This document shows, in pieces, positions 1 to 12,900 of a DNA stretch of 64,000 nt. Origin of the DNA: Antedon mediterranea (taxonomy: Eukaryota; Animalia; Echinodermata); the NCBI RefSeq assembly GCF_964355755.1, contig NC_092670.1, forward strand, positions 8,794,201-8,858,200. The letters are read 5' to 3'. Made by a program: the position numbers and the translations under genes. The notes under the pieces were generated by a model. It searched no databases, was not told the origin of the DNA, and saw only the letters and a program-made list of their open reading frames with translations. Numbering within the stretch: the first letter of the stretch is position 1; every line of letters starts with the position of its first letter.

Positions 1-706
1 TGTATATGCTTTCATTTGATACCATACAGTGTGTCCATTGACATTTTAAATAATAATTTAACCCGAAAATGTGTTTTTTGGTCAAAGGTCAGTAAAAGCA
101 TTTCCGGTCATTTTTTTGGGTAAAAGTTGTGTTAGACCGAATATAAATATGTATATTCTGAACAATTTGACACCAAAAGCAAATCTGTATGACAAGTGGT
201 TGTCGAGATATAAGAACCACACATTTCTAACCCTTGACCCCGATTTTGGGCATTTTAGCCCCAGATAACAAATTTGACACATATCCCATATTGTTCCTTG
301 GGGTCAAATTATCCTATATTCTCTCCTAAATTGAATGCATACAAATCTTACCCAGGTCCTACACTAGCAGTAGTTATTAATGAATAAAGGTCAATGACCT
401 TTGACCCGACTATCTGACCAATGGCACAAGTAACCCGAAATTTGCAAAAACTTTATTTTGTTGTTTGACCACTAAAACATAGATGTAGAAACCACATTTG
501 TCTTTTTAAACCCAGGAGTTGAGGAGTTATGAGCCATCAAATGCCACAAAAAGGTCACTGACCTTTGACCCTCAATATCTCACTAACGCAGCAACTAGAA
601 GGCTGCAAAATTTTTTTGGTAATTATTGACACCTAAAGCTACAAGAAAATACCAAAAGACCTTTTATTAGAATTTTTTCAAGGTCAAACCATATATAGCC
701 TCTACT
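1..706. mobile_element. Interspersed repeat fragment rich in TGACCTTTGACC/GGTCAAA motifs
   Basis: Recurrent motif in both orientations, no coding signal; class not assigned. Confidence 0.5.
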
Positions 707-929
707 AAAGAGCAATATTATTATTTATTTATAGTAAACAAAAGATTACTGCAAGAACTTAGAGAAAACCTGCAGTAGATACGGGTCTTTTAGTTATTAG
801 AGAGTACGTGTATTTGATTGGTTATTGATGAATCATTGTATATGAATAATAACAGGGCATTCAATGTAAATATAATTTTTATCAAAACGGATATGCATTT
901 CAGACCTAGAGTAGGCCTAGTGGGATAAT

Positions 930-1892
930 TTGGTTCCCACTGTAGAAGAACAATCCAGTCGCAACGCAATGGTACAACGTCGTCGAAAGAAAAAATAGAA
1001 TCGTCATTTTTATTGCAACGCACGTAGTTAAGTTCGTTCCCACTTGTGAAACACAATGTAATGTTTTTACGTCACATTGCGTCATCAATATGTTGCGTCA
1101 GTGTTCTTACATTCCTAGTGGGAACCAAGCTTTACTGATGATTGAACGAATACTACGCTACGTTGTTTAATTCACATGTGACGTATTTTAATTATTTTGT
1201 TCCAAACGTTTGTTACCGGGATAATAAGGCCAGACAATGAGTATGTATCATTGTATGTGTTTTTCTAGGCCCGACTAAGCCGAATTTATTTATATATCTT
1301 AAGAGATTTTATAAGTAAACCGACATAAAAATTATTTAACTATTGTGCGAATAGCAAACTAATAAATTGCTTTATTTATTTTTATTTTATAAAGTTTACA
1401 TTTCCGTAGTTGATGTGTTATTAAGGCTGAATTTAGCTTGTTGTTATTATATACTATCTGTTAATTAGTAAAATATTAAGGCTGTACTATTTTGAGCAGA
1501 ACACCAGGACCCAACCAAATATCCAGGAGGTGTCCCCCTGGAGTAAGGGTTGTATGTAGTGTTAAAACATAATACTGTATATTGTGCCTTGTATGCAAAA
1601 GGCCGTAGACGCGAATTGACCAATCACAAGCGATAGTTAGAATAATCCATCGCTTGTGATTGGCCAAATCACTTGCGTTGCATTGCGTCGTAGTGAGAAC
1701 CAAGGGTTAAAGCTTGGTTCCCACTAGAACGTAACACAAGGACGTAAACGCAACGCAAGCGTTTTAACCAATGACAAGCGAAGTTATAGACAGTTAGCAA
1801 TCACAAGCGAATAAGCCATCGCTTGTGATTGGTCAATTCACTTGCGTTGCGTTACGTCCTTGTGTTGCGTCGCTAGTGGGAACCACGTTTAA
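930..1892. mobile_element. Cluster of Tourist/Harbinger-like MITEs (about 930-1133, 1600-1708, 1708-1892)
   Basis: TIRs AGCTTGGTTCCCACTAG/CTAGTGGGAACC, TAA/TTA flanks, internal inverted CCAATCACAAGCGA; related half copy at about 55236-55350. Confidence 0.8.
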
Positions 1893-4199
1893 TAGGGAGT
1901 GTCCCATGGATAAGCATGTCCCAACTGAGGGGTTCTGCTGTATGTTATAGGGTTATTGACAGTGTTACAGATGCCTTTTTTGTTGTTTTGTGTGTGAACA
2001 ATAAATACATTGCCAGCATTAGCCTATATTAAATATTCTTCTCATTCTAATTGATAAAGTACCTATTTTTGTTCATTTAAATGTGTTTATATGTTCTCAA
2101 ACGTTTTATATTATGTTTAAAGAAATTCGAGAAAATCCGACTACCAAAGAAAAGCAGCTTGCTGTAGTTCATAATGTCATCTGCTCCGGATGTTATAGAA
2201 ACATGAACAACAAGAGAAAACTAAGGCTGAGCTCCAAAATTGAAAAACAAAAAAATTAGCCCCATTGTTGACATTTTCCATTTCGAATACCAAACTAAAG
2301 TGTGGCCAAACACGATAGATTCAATTTGGTAAAGATCCGTCTTTGATCAGTCAATTTGGTTTGATCCACCAATGTCAACCGTTATCGTTTGACGCGTTCT
2401 TTCATTTTTGTGATCCTTAAATTTCAATATGAGACTACTCACTCTTCACTGTGTTCTCCTGTTCTGACTTTGGAAACGCGAGGACGTTAACAGTTTTTAT
2501 CTGAAGCGTTCTTTGAGTTTGTGATTATGTTCTTCCAGCTTCGATACTCGTGTAATTGAGACTCTTTTTCCAGTTTGTGATTTTCGAAACGCGCCAATAT
2601 TATCATTTGTTTACGCATTATTTTTTTTTCTCATACACAATACAAAAGAAGACATTATTTTGTAAAGCTAGAAGGGCCCTAATGGCGTTTTATTGCACCA
2701 AGAGTCTATCGGAATCTAGTGTTGAATACAACATTGTGTTTATCTAGAATACTTAAACACTAAATATACATGTATACTGCCAACTACGGCAATGCAACTC
2801 TCCAATCTCTCAAAGCTTACAGTAACTCACTATCGTGAGCGTCTTTTTTTTTAGTATGAAGTTTTGATTATACAGTGACTTGATTTTCTAACCAGTGAAA
2901 TTGTACAAATAAATCGCTTTAGACACGCGGTCGGTATAGAAGTCCATTTATATAATACTAAATACATTATGAATAATAAGTGGAAATATATTCTTTAAAA
3001 GTGCTTAGATCTAATATAATATACATAAAATTATCTTTTCAATGGGATTGAATTACTACAGCCGCTTTGAAAACTAAATAAAGCACACGACTTCTTGCCT
3101 CTGTAGAGAGGGAGCACTTTATTAGATAGATTTAAAATAACTTTAAACGCAAGGAGCAACCAAATTTAGCAGAGACACACGAGTGACGAAAAATGTCACG
3201 CGCGCGTACAAACCTGATTATGTACTTTTGTACGCCGCAAATGTCAACGTGTGTCTTCCGTTTATGGCAATCACGAATAGTAACAAATAAATTAATAAAC
3301 CGTACAACAAACATGAGAATAGGTGTATTTGAAGTGTGTTGAGTTCGAATATAATTTACCAACTAAATAAACTTTACACACGAACATAAAAGATATCATG
3401 AGGCAATATAATAATAGGATAATTGAAAAAATTAGCAGCGACCGACACAACGACCGATTGTGATCTAGAAAATAAAATTCAGCTTAAGATTATATGATAC
3501 AAACTGGTCTGCTTTCCTATCTATCAAAGTTGCGTATTTTCAAGACTTTACAAATTGCCAAAATATTTGTTAAAAAAACATTTTTATAATAGTGATAAAT
3601 TCTAATCTATACAGCTAGCTCGAGACACATCCTTTTGTTCAACCAGCCATTTGGTGGTTCTAAGCGGATTGGTCCCTATTTATAAAATTAATTACTTTTT
3701 ATAACTATTCACTTTTTAATCAGCGGGATCTCAGATATGGAAATGTCTCGAACTACAGTAGATGGGCACTGTTGTAAATGTCTATAAATTAATATGCATT
3801 TATATATGCAAATACATATTTATATATGTAAATATATGTAAATACATATACATCCGATTTACATATATAATACAGATACATTGCAGTTTGTTTTTCTATG
3901 ACATGTAAATACGTATAACGTTTTGATATAAATATTATGTATTGTAATATGCACACGTGTTAAGATGGTAAAAACAGTGTCTACGCGGTAAAGTTATACA
4001 CCGTACATGGAATAGACAATAGATGAAACCAGTCGTATATATACACACACACTAATGATACTAGGCCTATACAAGACCAAATGATAGGCCTACATACACG
4101 ACCTGACGAAACTATGCCTATATACACGGTCATAATTGTAACTGCTATGAAAATCAATGTGAATCGATAGCCTACTAGCGAATAATTAATAAAACATGA

Positions 4200-5010
4200 A
4201 AAACCAATAATCAATAATACAAATATATCAATTAACAATTATGAATCATGTTAATTATACATTAGTTTACTAGGCCTAATTCAATATAATTAATCTAAAT
4301 CGATTTTAATCAATACTAAATTACACAATTAGTTTATACATGACAATGATTGATGTAAATTATTGAATGTCTGTCATAATTTGATAATTCAATATCAATA
4401 TTTATAACTATTGATAATGAATATCAATACCAATCAATTTCAATAGTTATCAATAACTTTTCAATCAAAAACTTTCATTATCTATAATTATCAATACCTA
4501 TTTACCAATACCAATGTTTTGATGGTTATCTAAAGTAATTCATATTCATTACTTTAGATATCCATCGAAACACCGATACGGATTGATATATAAACTAATT
4601 AATAAATATTAATATATCAATTAATATCGATATTTTATTATCAATATATAACCCCTGGTATGAATATATATCAATACTAATCAATCGACATCAACCAATC
4701 AATATTAATCAATCAATAAAGATACCAACCAATCAATTAATATATATTAGCAATCAACCAATGTTATCAATACAGATACCGGCCAATCAATATTAATCAA
4801 TCAAAACAGATACCAACCAATTAGTATAAATTCTATTAATACTAATTACTCAATATCAATTCAATAATACAAATACTAGTATACTCAATAAAAATCAATC
4901 AATATTATCATTAATCGATTTATCAATCCTTATCAATAAATATCGATACCCAAATCAATGTGATTGATGAGATATAATCTTACAGAATACTTATCAAGCA
5001 ATACCAACTA
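4200..5010. repeat. Low-complexity ATCAAT-rich tract
   Basis: Dense, strand-biased ATCAAT/ACCAAT motifs. Confidence 0.7.
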
Positions 5011-6334
5011 TTACCTACAACAGATTGTTAATTGTTTTGCTAAGAACGTTGATTTTGTATCAATTTGCAATTGATAAATATGAATTGATAAAAATCGCTA
5101 TTGTAAATACATTTAGTATACAGTACATTGATCGAATTAAAAGCGTTTCAAACATTTTTTTGTTAATGGGGGTTTCATTTTAGAGTTGAAATTAACCTTC
5201 AATTAAAAATATGTACATTCATTATGAATTTTAGAGATTTTTCATTTTGCAAAAGAAAGTCTAGTGAGAAGAAGCTTACGCATGGGTTTTACTGAATCTT
5301 TTAAAACAACAATCTGTAACATGTAACTTAGGTCAAAATTTGTATTCATAGTTTTAACCATTTTTTTTTATAGTCACACTTTTAGATTAGAAAATAAATA
5401 TTTCTCAGAAAGATTATTTGTTTTAAATGAATTTTATTAGAGACATGATTCTTGTAGTATCACGATATAAAAGAGATAGATGAATTTTGTCAAAATTAGA
5501 TTAGAAACAGGAGTCTTCCAAAATATCTGGTTTCCCAAAAATTATAATTTGGTAATTGAGATAATTCTTGGCAATTTAATATTTATTTGCGGCTTATTTT
5601 TTGTTTTTTTATATAATCTATGAATTTCAATAAATATGAACAGTATCACATGGGGTCATGCGGCCATATTTACAATTCGCACTTAATTCTAAAAAAGACC
5701 ACTTAATGGATTGACTTAAGTGAAATACTTTGTAATTAAGGGAAATACTGTATCGCATGTGATCGGTTGGTTAAATACGCATTGTTTAGATTCAATAGTT
5801 GGAGAAATAAGATTTAAAAACAAATCTAAGCAGAATTCCAATATTACAATTTATTGAATTATGTATTAAGGGTATTTATGGGGACCTATGAATGCTACGT
5901 ACATACAATTTAATGCTATCTTACAATGCAAAATAATTTCTAAAACATATATTACCCAGATAAGAATTAATTACAACACTATACAAAAATGAGTATATAT
6001 TGCACTAACGTAAAGTCATAACCTGGTGCAGCCTACCATCTAAAATTAAATAATCTAAAATTAAATAATACAAAATTAACCAGACAACTGAAATCCCAAT
6101 TTTTTGGGCCAAAAAAGATATACAATTCACTATAATTCTAAAGTTCTTTTCGTCAAACGCTAATATAACTATTGCATTTCTACAGTACCCTCAAATAAAT
6201 AAATGATACAAATTATATTTGTGAAAATATAACATATATAAAATTCTGCTATGTATTTATATTTAACAAGTTCGAAAGGTGAATAATGTGTTATAAATTA
6301 CTCTACCATTTTTTCTTCCAAAATCTAAAAGGTA

Positions 6335-6837
6335 CGGTAGAACACCTCCTTTGGGAAACCCCAATTCAGGGAACACCTCTATTAAGGGGACATTTTCCAG
6401 TGAAACGAAAACGGTTTAATATATGTTTTGAAACTACAGCCAACCCATAATTAAGGGGACATCCCTCTATCAAGGGGACATTTTCCAGTGAAACGAAAAC
6501 GGTTCAATATATGTTTTGAAACTACAGCCAACCCCTAATTAAGGGGACATCCCTCTATTAAGGGGACAATTTCCTGTGAAACAAACAAGGCCCAGTATAA
6601 TGTATAAACTTTACAGCACCGCAGTCATTAAGATGGCGGCATTGTGTTGGGTTCTAAAGATGTCCCTTTAATAGAGATTCTAAACTTTACAGCACCGCAG
6701 TCATTAAGATGGCGGCATTGTGTTGGGTTCTAAAGATGTCCCTTTAATAGAGATTCTAAACTTTACAGCACCGCAGTCATTAAGATGGCGGCATTGTGTT
6801 GGGTCCTAAAGATGTCCCTTTAATAGAGATTCTACTG
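6335..6837. mobile_element. Tc1/pogo-like MITE with two internal tandem arrays (about 2.3 x 89 bp and 3 x 76 bp)
   Basis: TA|CGGTAGAA...TTCTACTG|TA ends; TTAAGGGGACA subterminal motifs in inverted orientation. Confidence 0.7.
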
Positions 6838-9800
6838 TATTCTAATTTACTATACATTTGTTTACATGATTGATGTTAGAAACATGTGTGTGCAAATACT
6901 GCGCTTAAGCGGAATCAACTAATTTAATTTTCAATCTGAACTAACTATTAAGTAATAGCAGTTTGGGAGCTGATTGCTGTTATCCTAATAAAATTATCAG
7001 TATGGCTATTTAGAACATAATTCACTGATTATCTCCTGAAAGGATATAGCAGACAGCAGGTTGCCAGGATCATCATTAGATTGTGAAGAAATATTGATGG
7101 GAAAATTAGATACAACTCCATTTAGGCTAATTAGTTGAACGAGTCTGTGAATTTGCCTCTCTTAATTAACCGTGATTAGACAGTGGAGCGGAAAAGCGAG
7201 TATAATAACTCGTTCGTAATATCAATAATGTTACGACAAAAGGTTTGTATCAAAGCACTTCATCTATAACTAGAAAATTAATATAGATAGTTTATTCCTA
7301 ATGTTCAATTACTCTACATGATTGCTAATCAATAATGTAGTTAGTGAAATATTTGTATTTAAATCAGCACAATCAGAAATACTCAATAGATAAAACAATA
7401 TATTTATGTATACATATTGGGAGGGGAAATTATTATTAAAGCCGGCTTGATGTCAAACAAAATAACAAAAATATATAAATAAATTATTTCTGCTGGAATG
7501 TAACACTATATTACTACTAGGCATTGTTTTCTACGATGCTAAAACGTCGAATATAAAACAAAAGAGAAAGGGGTAGAAAATTAAAAGTAAAAAAATGACA
7601 AGCTTAGGTGGTCCAGTTGTATTACCTATAGGTGGTATATTGTACAATGAGCCTTAATGTTGGTCAAAAAATGCCTATTGGAATTCAAGGTTATTTGACT
7701 TGGCTGGAGCAAACTTTATATATATTTTTTTTACATTCAGCTTAAATTAATCAAAATTACTATAATTAAAATTTTTCTTTGTCCTTATATGGGATTATTT
7801 GGTGGTATTATCCTATAAACATATTCATTATACCAATAAAAAAACAAAGCTAAAATTAAATTTCGTTAAACTGTCACTAATATCATTTGTATACGAACGT
7901 TGTTTTAAAAAAAAGGTGAGATGTCCGCAAACGACACCAATTACAGACGTCATTATTCTACAAATACGTACATATTTACATTTAGATATATTCTATTCCA
8001 TTATAGTATACTTAATAAAAATCTAATGATGATGATAATAATAATAATAATTACCAAAATGTTCGCTTAATACTATTTGTACCTATCTTAAACACAGTGC
8101 TTATTAATGAAACATCTGTTGTTTTATATATAATATAAATATGTCGTGCATCTGGTATGTGAATGTATTGTATATTTTTTTGTAAGTAAGCATGTATGTG
8201 CACACATGGTAATTAGACAAGGCAGAAAAAGCCGAGGAAAACATTTCAAAGTCGACCTTTCACTTCTCAAGCTATCTTTAAGGAAACATCAAATTTAGTT
8301 TTTGAATAATAATAAGTACATTTGTTATCATTGTAAGGCTTATCGGATGTCCATAAGTTTCAAATTTAATGCCTCCAAAATAAGTTTTCATTTCTCAAAA
8401 TTGAACTTCTTTATCAAAAAATTCAGTTTAAATTGTTTTCTAATTTAGATATCATTACTAATAAAAATACAACACATTTTTCAGCAACTTGAGTGTACTT
8501 CAAAGTTTGATAACCAGTTGATAATAATACTCCTTAGCACGATAGATTAAAATGTCATTTATATGATAGGAACCAGTTGTCCTAAAGGTGCCTGGTAATA
8601 AAATATATACAATACAAAAAGATGCAAGTAAATAATAAATTATACCACTTATCTCTGTATGGATCAAAATATAGCTATTTAGTTATATAATTTGTAAAAA
8701 TTGCCTAAAAGGTCAACGAAAAATGTTTTATATAAATATTCACGATTAATACTGGATTATGTTAACTACAACGTACAAAACAAATCAGCATCAATTGTAT
8801 AGTATTGTTTAATTATAAAAAAATATTTACTTTTGCAAATATATGGATTAAATACTGAATTTGTTAATGAAGTTGATGCAACAAAGTTAATATCTGAGGT
8901 ACAGTACTGGTCCGGCCAGTGTATTTAGTATCTATGGTAACCATATTTACATAATGAATAGAATAATTAGCTAAAAACATGAATAACAATGTGCATTTAG
9001 TATTTTTGTGACTGACTGACTGTGCTGTGTATTTGTGGCATGGAACGTGCAAAACTTTTACATGAAAGAGGGCAGTATAGTAGCACGTTTCTATAATCTA
9101 TACAATTAACATGGATCGACAAAAGTTCAAAGTTCAAACTTGATGTGAATTATACTGCACACATGTAAGATTAAAATATATATGTATATAATATGTATAT
9201 TTATATAATAGATATGTGTGTATATATTTTTTTTTCTTGTAACATTAGCAAGGTATAATTATATTGAATATCAGTAAATAGTCAAAAATAAATTGATGGC
9301 AAATATATCTTATAATTTTTGTTCTTTAAAAATGATTCATAATAAGGTACATATGCGTACCATGAATACATATATTTGAATTTAAAAAAAAAAAGCGGGA
9401 AGAATAAACAGTAACATATTTTCTACAATAAAAAATGTTTAAATAATAACAATGACATCCAATGAGAAAAATTGGCAACTGAAAGACAAATTTCTGCTGA
9501 TCAAAACTAATTACCGCCCTCTACCAGCTGAATAATAATCTTCACATCATCTCCGACCCCAGCAAGTGCCCACACAACCTTTCTATCTGCAACTACTTCG
9601 GTAGATATCATTTCTAAGGTGAGATTAGATTGGTTCTTTAACATCCATTCAAAAGCTAACCTTTGACCTCTTATATTCTGCCACTGTGAGCAACCTTCCA
9701 TCAACAGTAACCAAGGTAACGGTTGCCTAATGCATTGTCGTAACTATGACAACATGCAAACTGGTCGCCATGTTACAATTATGTCACATGTCTAGTTTAC

Positions 9801-9839
9801 TCTTCTACATAATACTCCTTTCTTTCAATTTTCTAACGT

Positions 9840-9974
9840 TTATATCTGAGCTATTTCTTCGCTGTTCACGGCCACAAGTTTTGCCTGATCCCGTTGCGCT
9901 GCTGAGTCGCCGCTAATCGCAGGCTCTGTGTTCCGTCGTGCTATTCTATGTTTACGTTTCTTTAGCATAGTGGC
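9840..9974 (-). CDS. DGKQ: DGKQ last coding exon ([18 protein letters not shown]...EEIAQI-stop)
   Basis: TTTTCTAG acceptor, ATMLKK motif, TAA at 9842-9840. Confidence 0.93.
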   Translation of the reverse strand, partial: ATMLKKRKHRIARRNTEPAISGDSAAQRDQAKLVAVNSEEIAQI

Positions 9975-12900
9975 CTAGAAAAAAATGTTTAAAAAAATGA
10001 TCATGCTAATCTGCAGACTAAACTATGATTTAACCAAAGGTGGTCATTCAGTGTTTATTGCGCAAGATAAACTGTTCAACTAGCAAAAATATTCTGAAGA
10101 AAAAGCACATTTATCCACAAACCAAATAATTATGATGTATGTCTACTGGTTTGATTAAGAACGTTGGAAAACTATAAATAAAAAGGCTATAGTTTCTACA
10201 TACAAAGGCATCAGTCAATCGGAAGAGCCCACTACCAGTAAAACATCAGGATTCTGGTTAAGTTGAACCATTACAATTACAGTTGTTTGTTCGTTTTTTT
10301 GGTGAGTGTGGATAACTTTATTAGAACTACAAAATGGCATATTTGAAGTTGGATTTGTATTCATCTTTAATTGTTCATGTTTTTTTTATTTTTCACTTAT
10401 ATCAACAACTATTTAAAGATTTCCCTTGAACATGTATTCAATTCAATAGTGTTAGCCTATGTGTAAATCAGAATATGTCCACACAGTCTCAATAGATAAA
10501 TTAAGTTTTTAAAGAAATCTTTTACCTGAAGTGCTGATCTGCTGACAACGACTTCGCCGGACAACTGCATCCACGGCTCCCCATCAACTTGCACCGGCAT
10601 ATCCGTTTTCATCGAAATGCGAATCTGAGAAGAAAAGAAAATTTTTATGCACAAATAAGAAAAACTAGCAGTAACCCGTGCTCCGCACGGTCTTTGTCGG
10701 CTTGAATATATGGTTATATACTAATTCGCATGGGATGAGTAAGTATCATAATAAGCGCACTCTTCCCTCATAAAAAGCCATGGATTTTGTTATACACCAA
10801 GTATTCCTTCACTTTTAAGTAACTATGAGCTACAAAAAGAAAGCAATACTGGATATGAGACTTCACGAAAATAGAAGTCGCTAAAGAAAAAATTGTGCTG
10901 TGTGATTATAAATCTAGGGTGCGCATCAGAAAGTAACAACGTGCATGTACATGAGAGGGAGATGCCGGTTGAACTCTGATAATCAGTTGGCAGTTGAAAA
11001 CATTTCAAAGATAAAACCACAGCCTCTTACGGACTTGAAATCAACACAACAAATTTTGTTGTGATAATTTGTTTGTCAGAATTTTTCGTTAATATTGATA
11101 TATCCATTTGGAGTTGTTAACTTTGTTTTTTGTAACTTTTTTGTTTTTGTGTTTGTGTGTGAGGTTTCGTATCCCTTTTGCTAGTTTTGTAATTAGATTA
11201 TTAGATTAAGGTCTAGTTTTGATTTTTAGCTTTAAGCATGTCGCGGATTCGAACTCGAATGTACTAAACATTGATATCAATGGTCACAGCGATTTATTCA
11301 CTGAGCCATACCGTCATTTACAAAAATCATTCTGTTCAAACAATAGTGTAATTAACTTCAACGACGCGATCATTCGGTTGACTAAAGACTGGTGTTTTGA
11401 CGGCCTGGCATGGTATTTGTAGATCCGGCCATGGCGGTACACAAAGAGGAGGTTGCATAGTTTATACGGTGCTATTTTTTTGCTTCCGGAAAGTGACATA
11501 ACCCATCAATAAACATCAGTGTGCCAAATGTGAGCACATACCATTCAGTGGTGTTGGAGGAGATAAAAACAATTTAGTAGTATTAATATATAGATAATTG
11601 AAGTTTAATTGAAATTTAGAATCCCCAAAAACATGAACAATGAATAATAAAATCAGATTTTGAATAGGTCATATTGGGGTTTTAATTAATTTAACCACTT
11701 CCGCAGAAAAAACTCTAAAAACCTCTAAAAAAAACAAATGCTTAAAAAAAAAAAAATTTTTCACTTGAAAGAAAAACAAAAAAAAGTTAAATTCAACCAA
11801 AAATCCATTGGCTGGCAGTCAATTTGACTATTTTTTTGCTTTGAATTACATTTTTTTCAGGTAAATAATTTTTTTTTTCCCAATCACATTTGTTGTCAAA
11901 ATGGCACATTCAACAACAAAATTTGCAAAAAAAATATTTTTTTAGGGGGACAATCTTTAAATATTTCTAATATACTGCCTTTAAAACACTACCTAAACAG
12001 TTGCCGGAGTGTGTTTCAAATGTTTGAAAAGACAGATAAAATGTTCTGCAATTCACAGTAGAATCCTGTTACAACCAACAGTTTCAAATGTCAATACATA
12101 TTAATTATTTATACATTTCAACTTTCTAATGTACATCGTTGTAAACTCATTTGGAAACCAAAGTTAATAGCACATACAATAAAATAAGATTTATTCATTA
12201 TTTGGTATAGTAGCTATGCATAAATAATAAATGAAACATTCAATGGAGTGACAGTTGGTTTGTCACTGTCCCTGCTGTCATTTTGTCTTGGTCCCACCCG
12301 ATCGCCGAGTTTATTTTCAAGAAAGTGGCTTAAAGAAATTCATTAGCATATTAAAGAGAACAAGCTTGAAGAAACAGATAATATTATAATTGTAAAACTA
12401 TTGATTTGATAATAACTAAATTTAAGATTATACATATAAATTCAATAATAATGGACAAACTTGAGCTAGTTAGCTAATTCTCCAAAAAAAAGTGTTGAAC
12501 AGTTTGTTTCAATTTGGTTTCAAACAGTCAAATTTCAAACAAGAAGGTAATACATAATAAAAGAAAGAATTTCAATTTTGACCGAAGACTTATATATTTA
12601 TTTTTTATTTATTTGTATATCTTTCTCTGTATAAATTGTTACGTTATTGAATATCGAAACGTGGCAGGCTGAAGGCGCTTGACCTTTGACAAGATCGCCT
12701 ACATTTTTTTTTTTTGTATATTAACGTTACAATACTTAGTGATATATATTCTGGTACAGCCGCTCCATAATCTCTTTGCTTTTCTTCCTTATATCTATAT
12801 TTTTTAATTTAAACTAACAAATAATATTATATCAAAAATTTATTAAATAATATTTATCGCATAATATACAATCTACGATAATTTAATTAATTGATATAAA

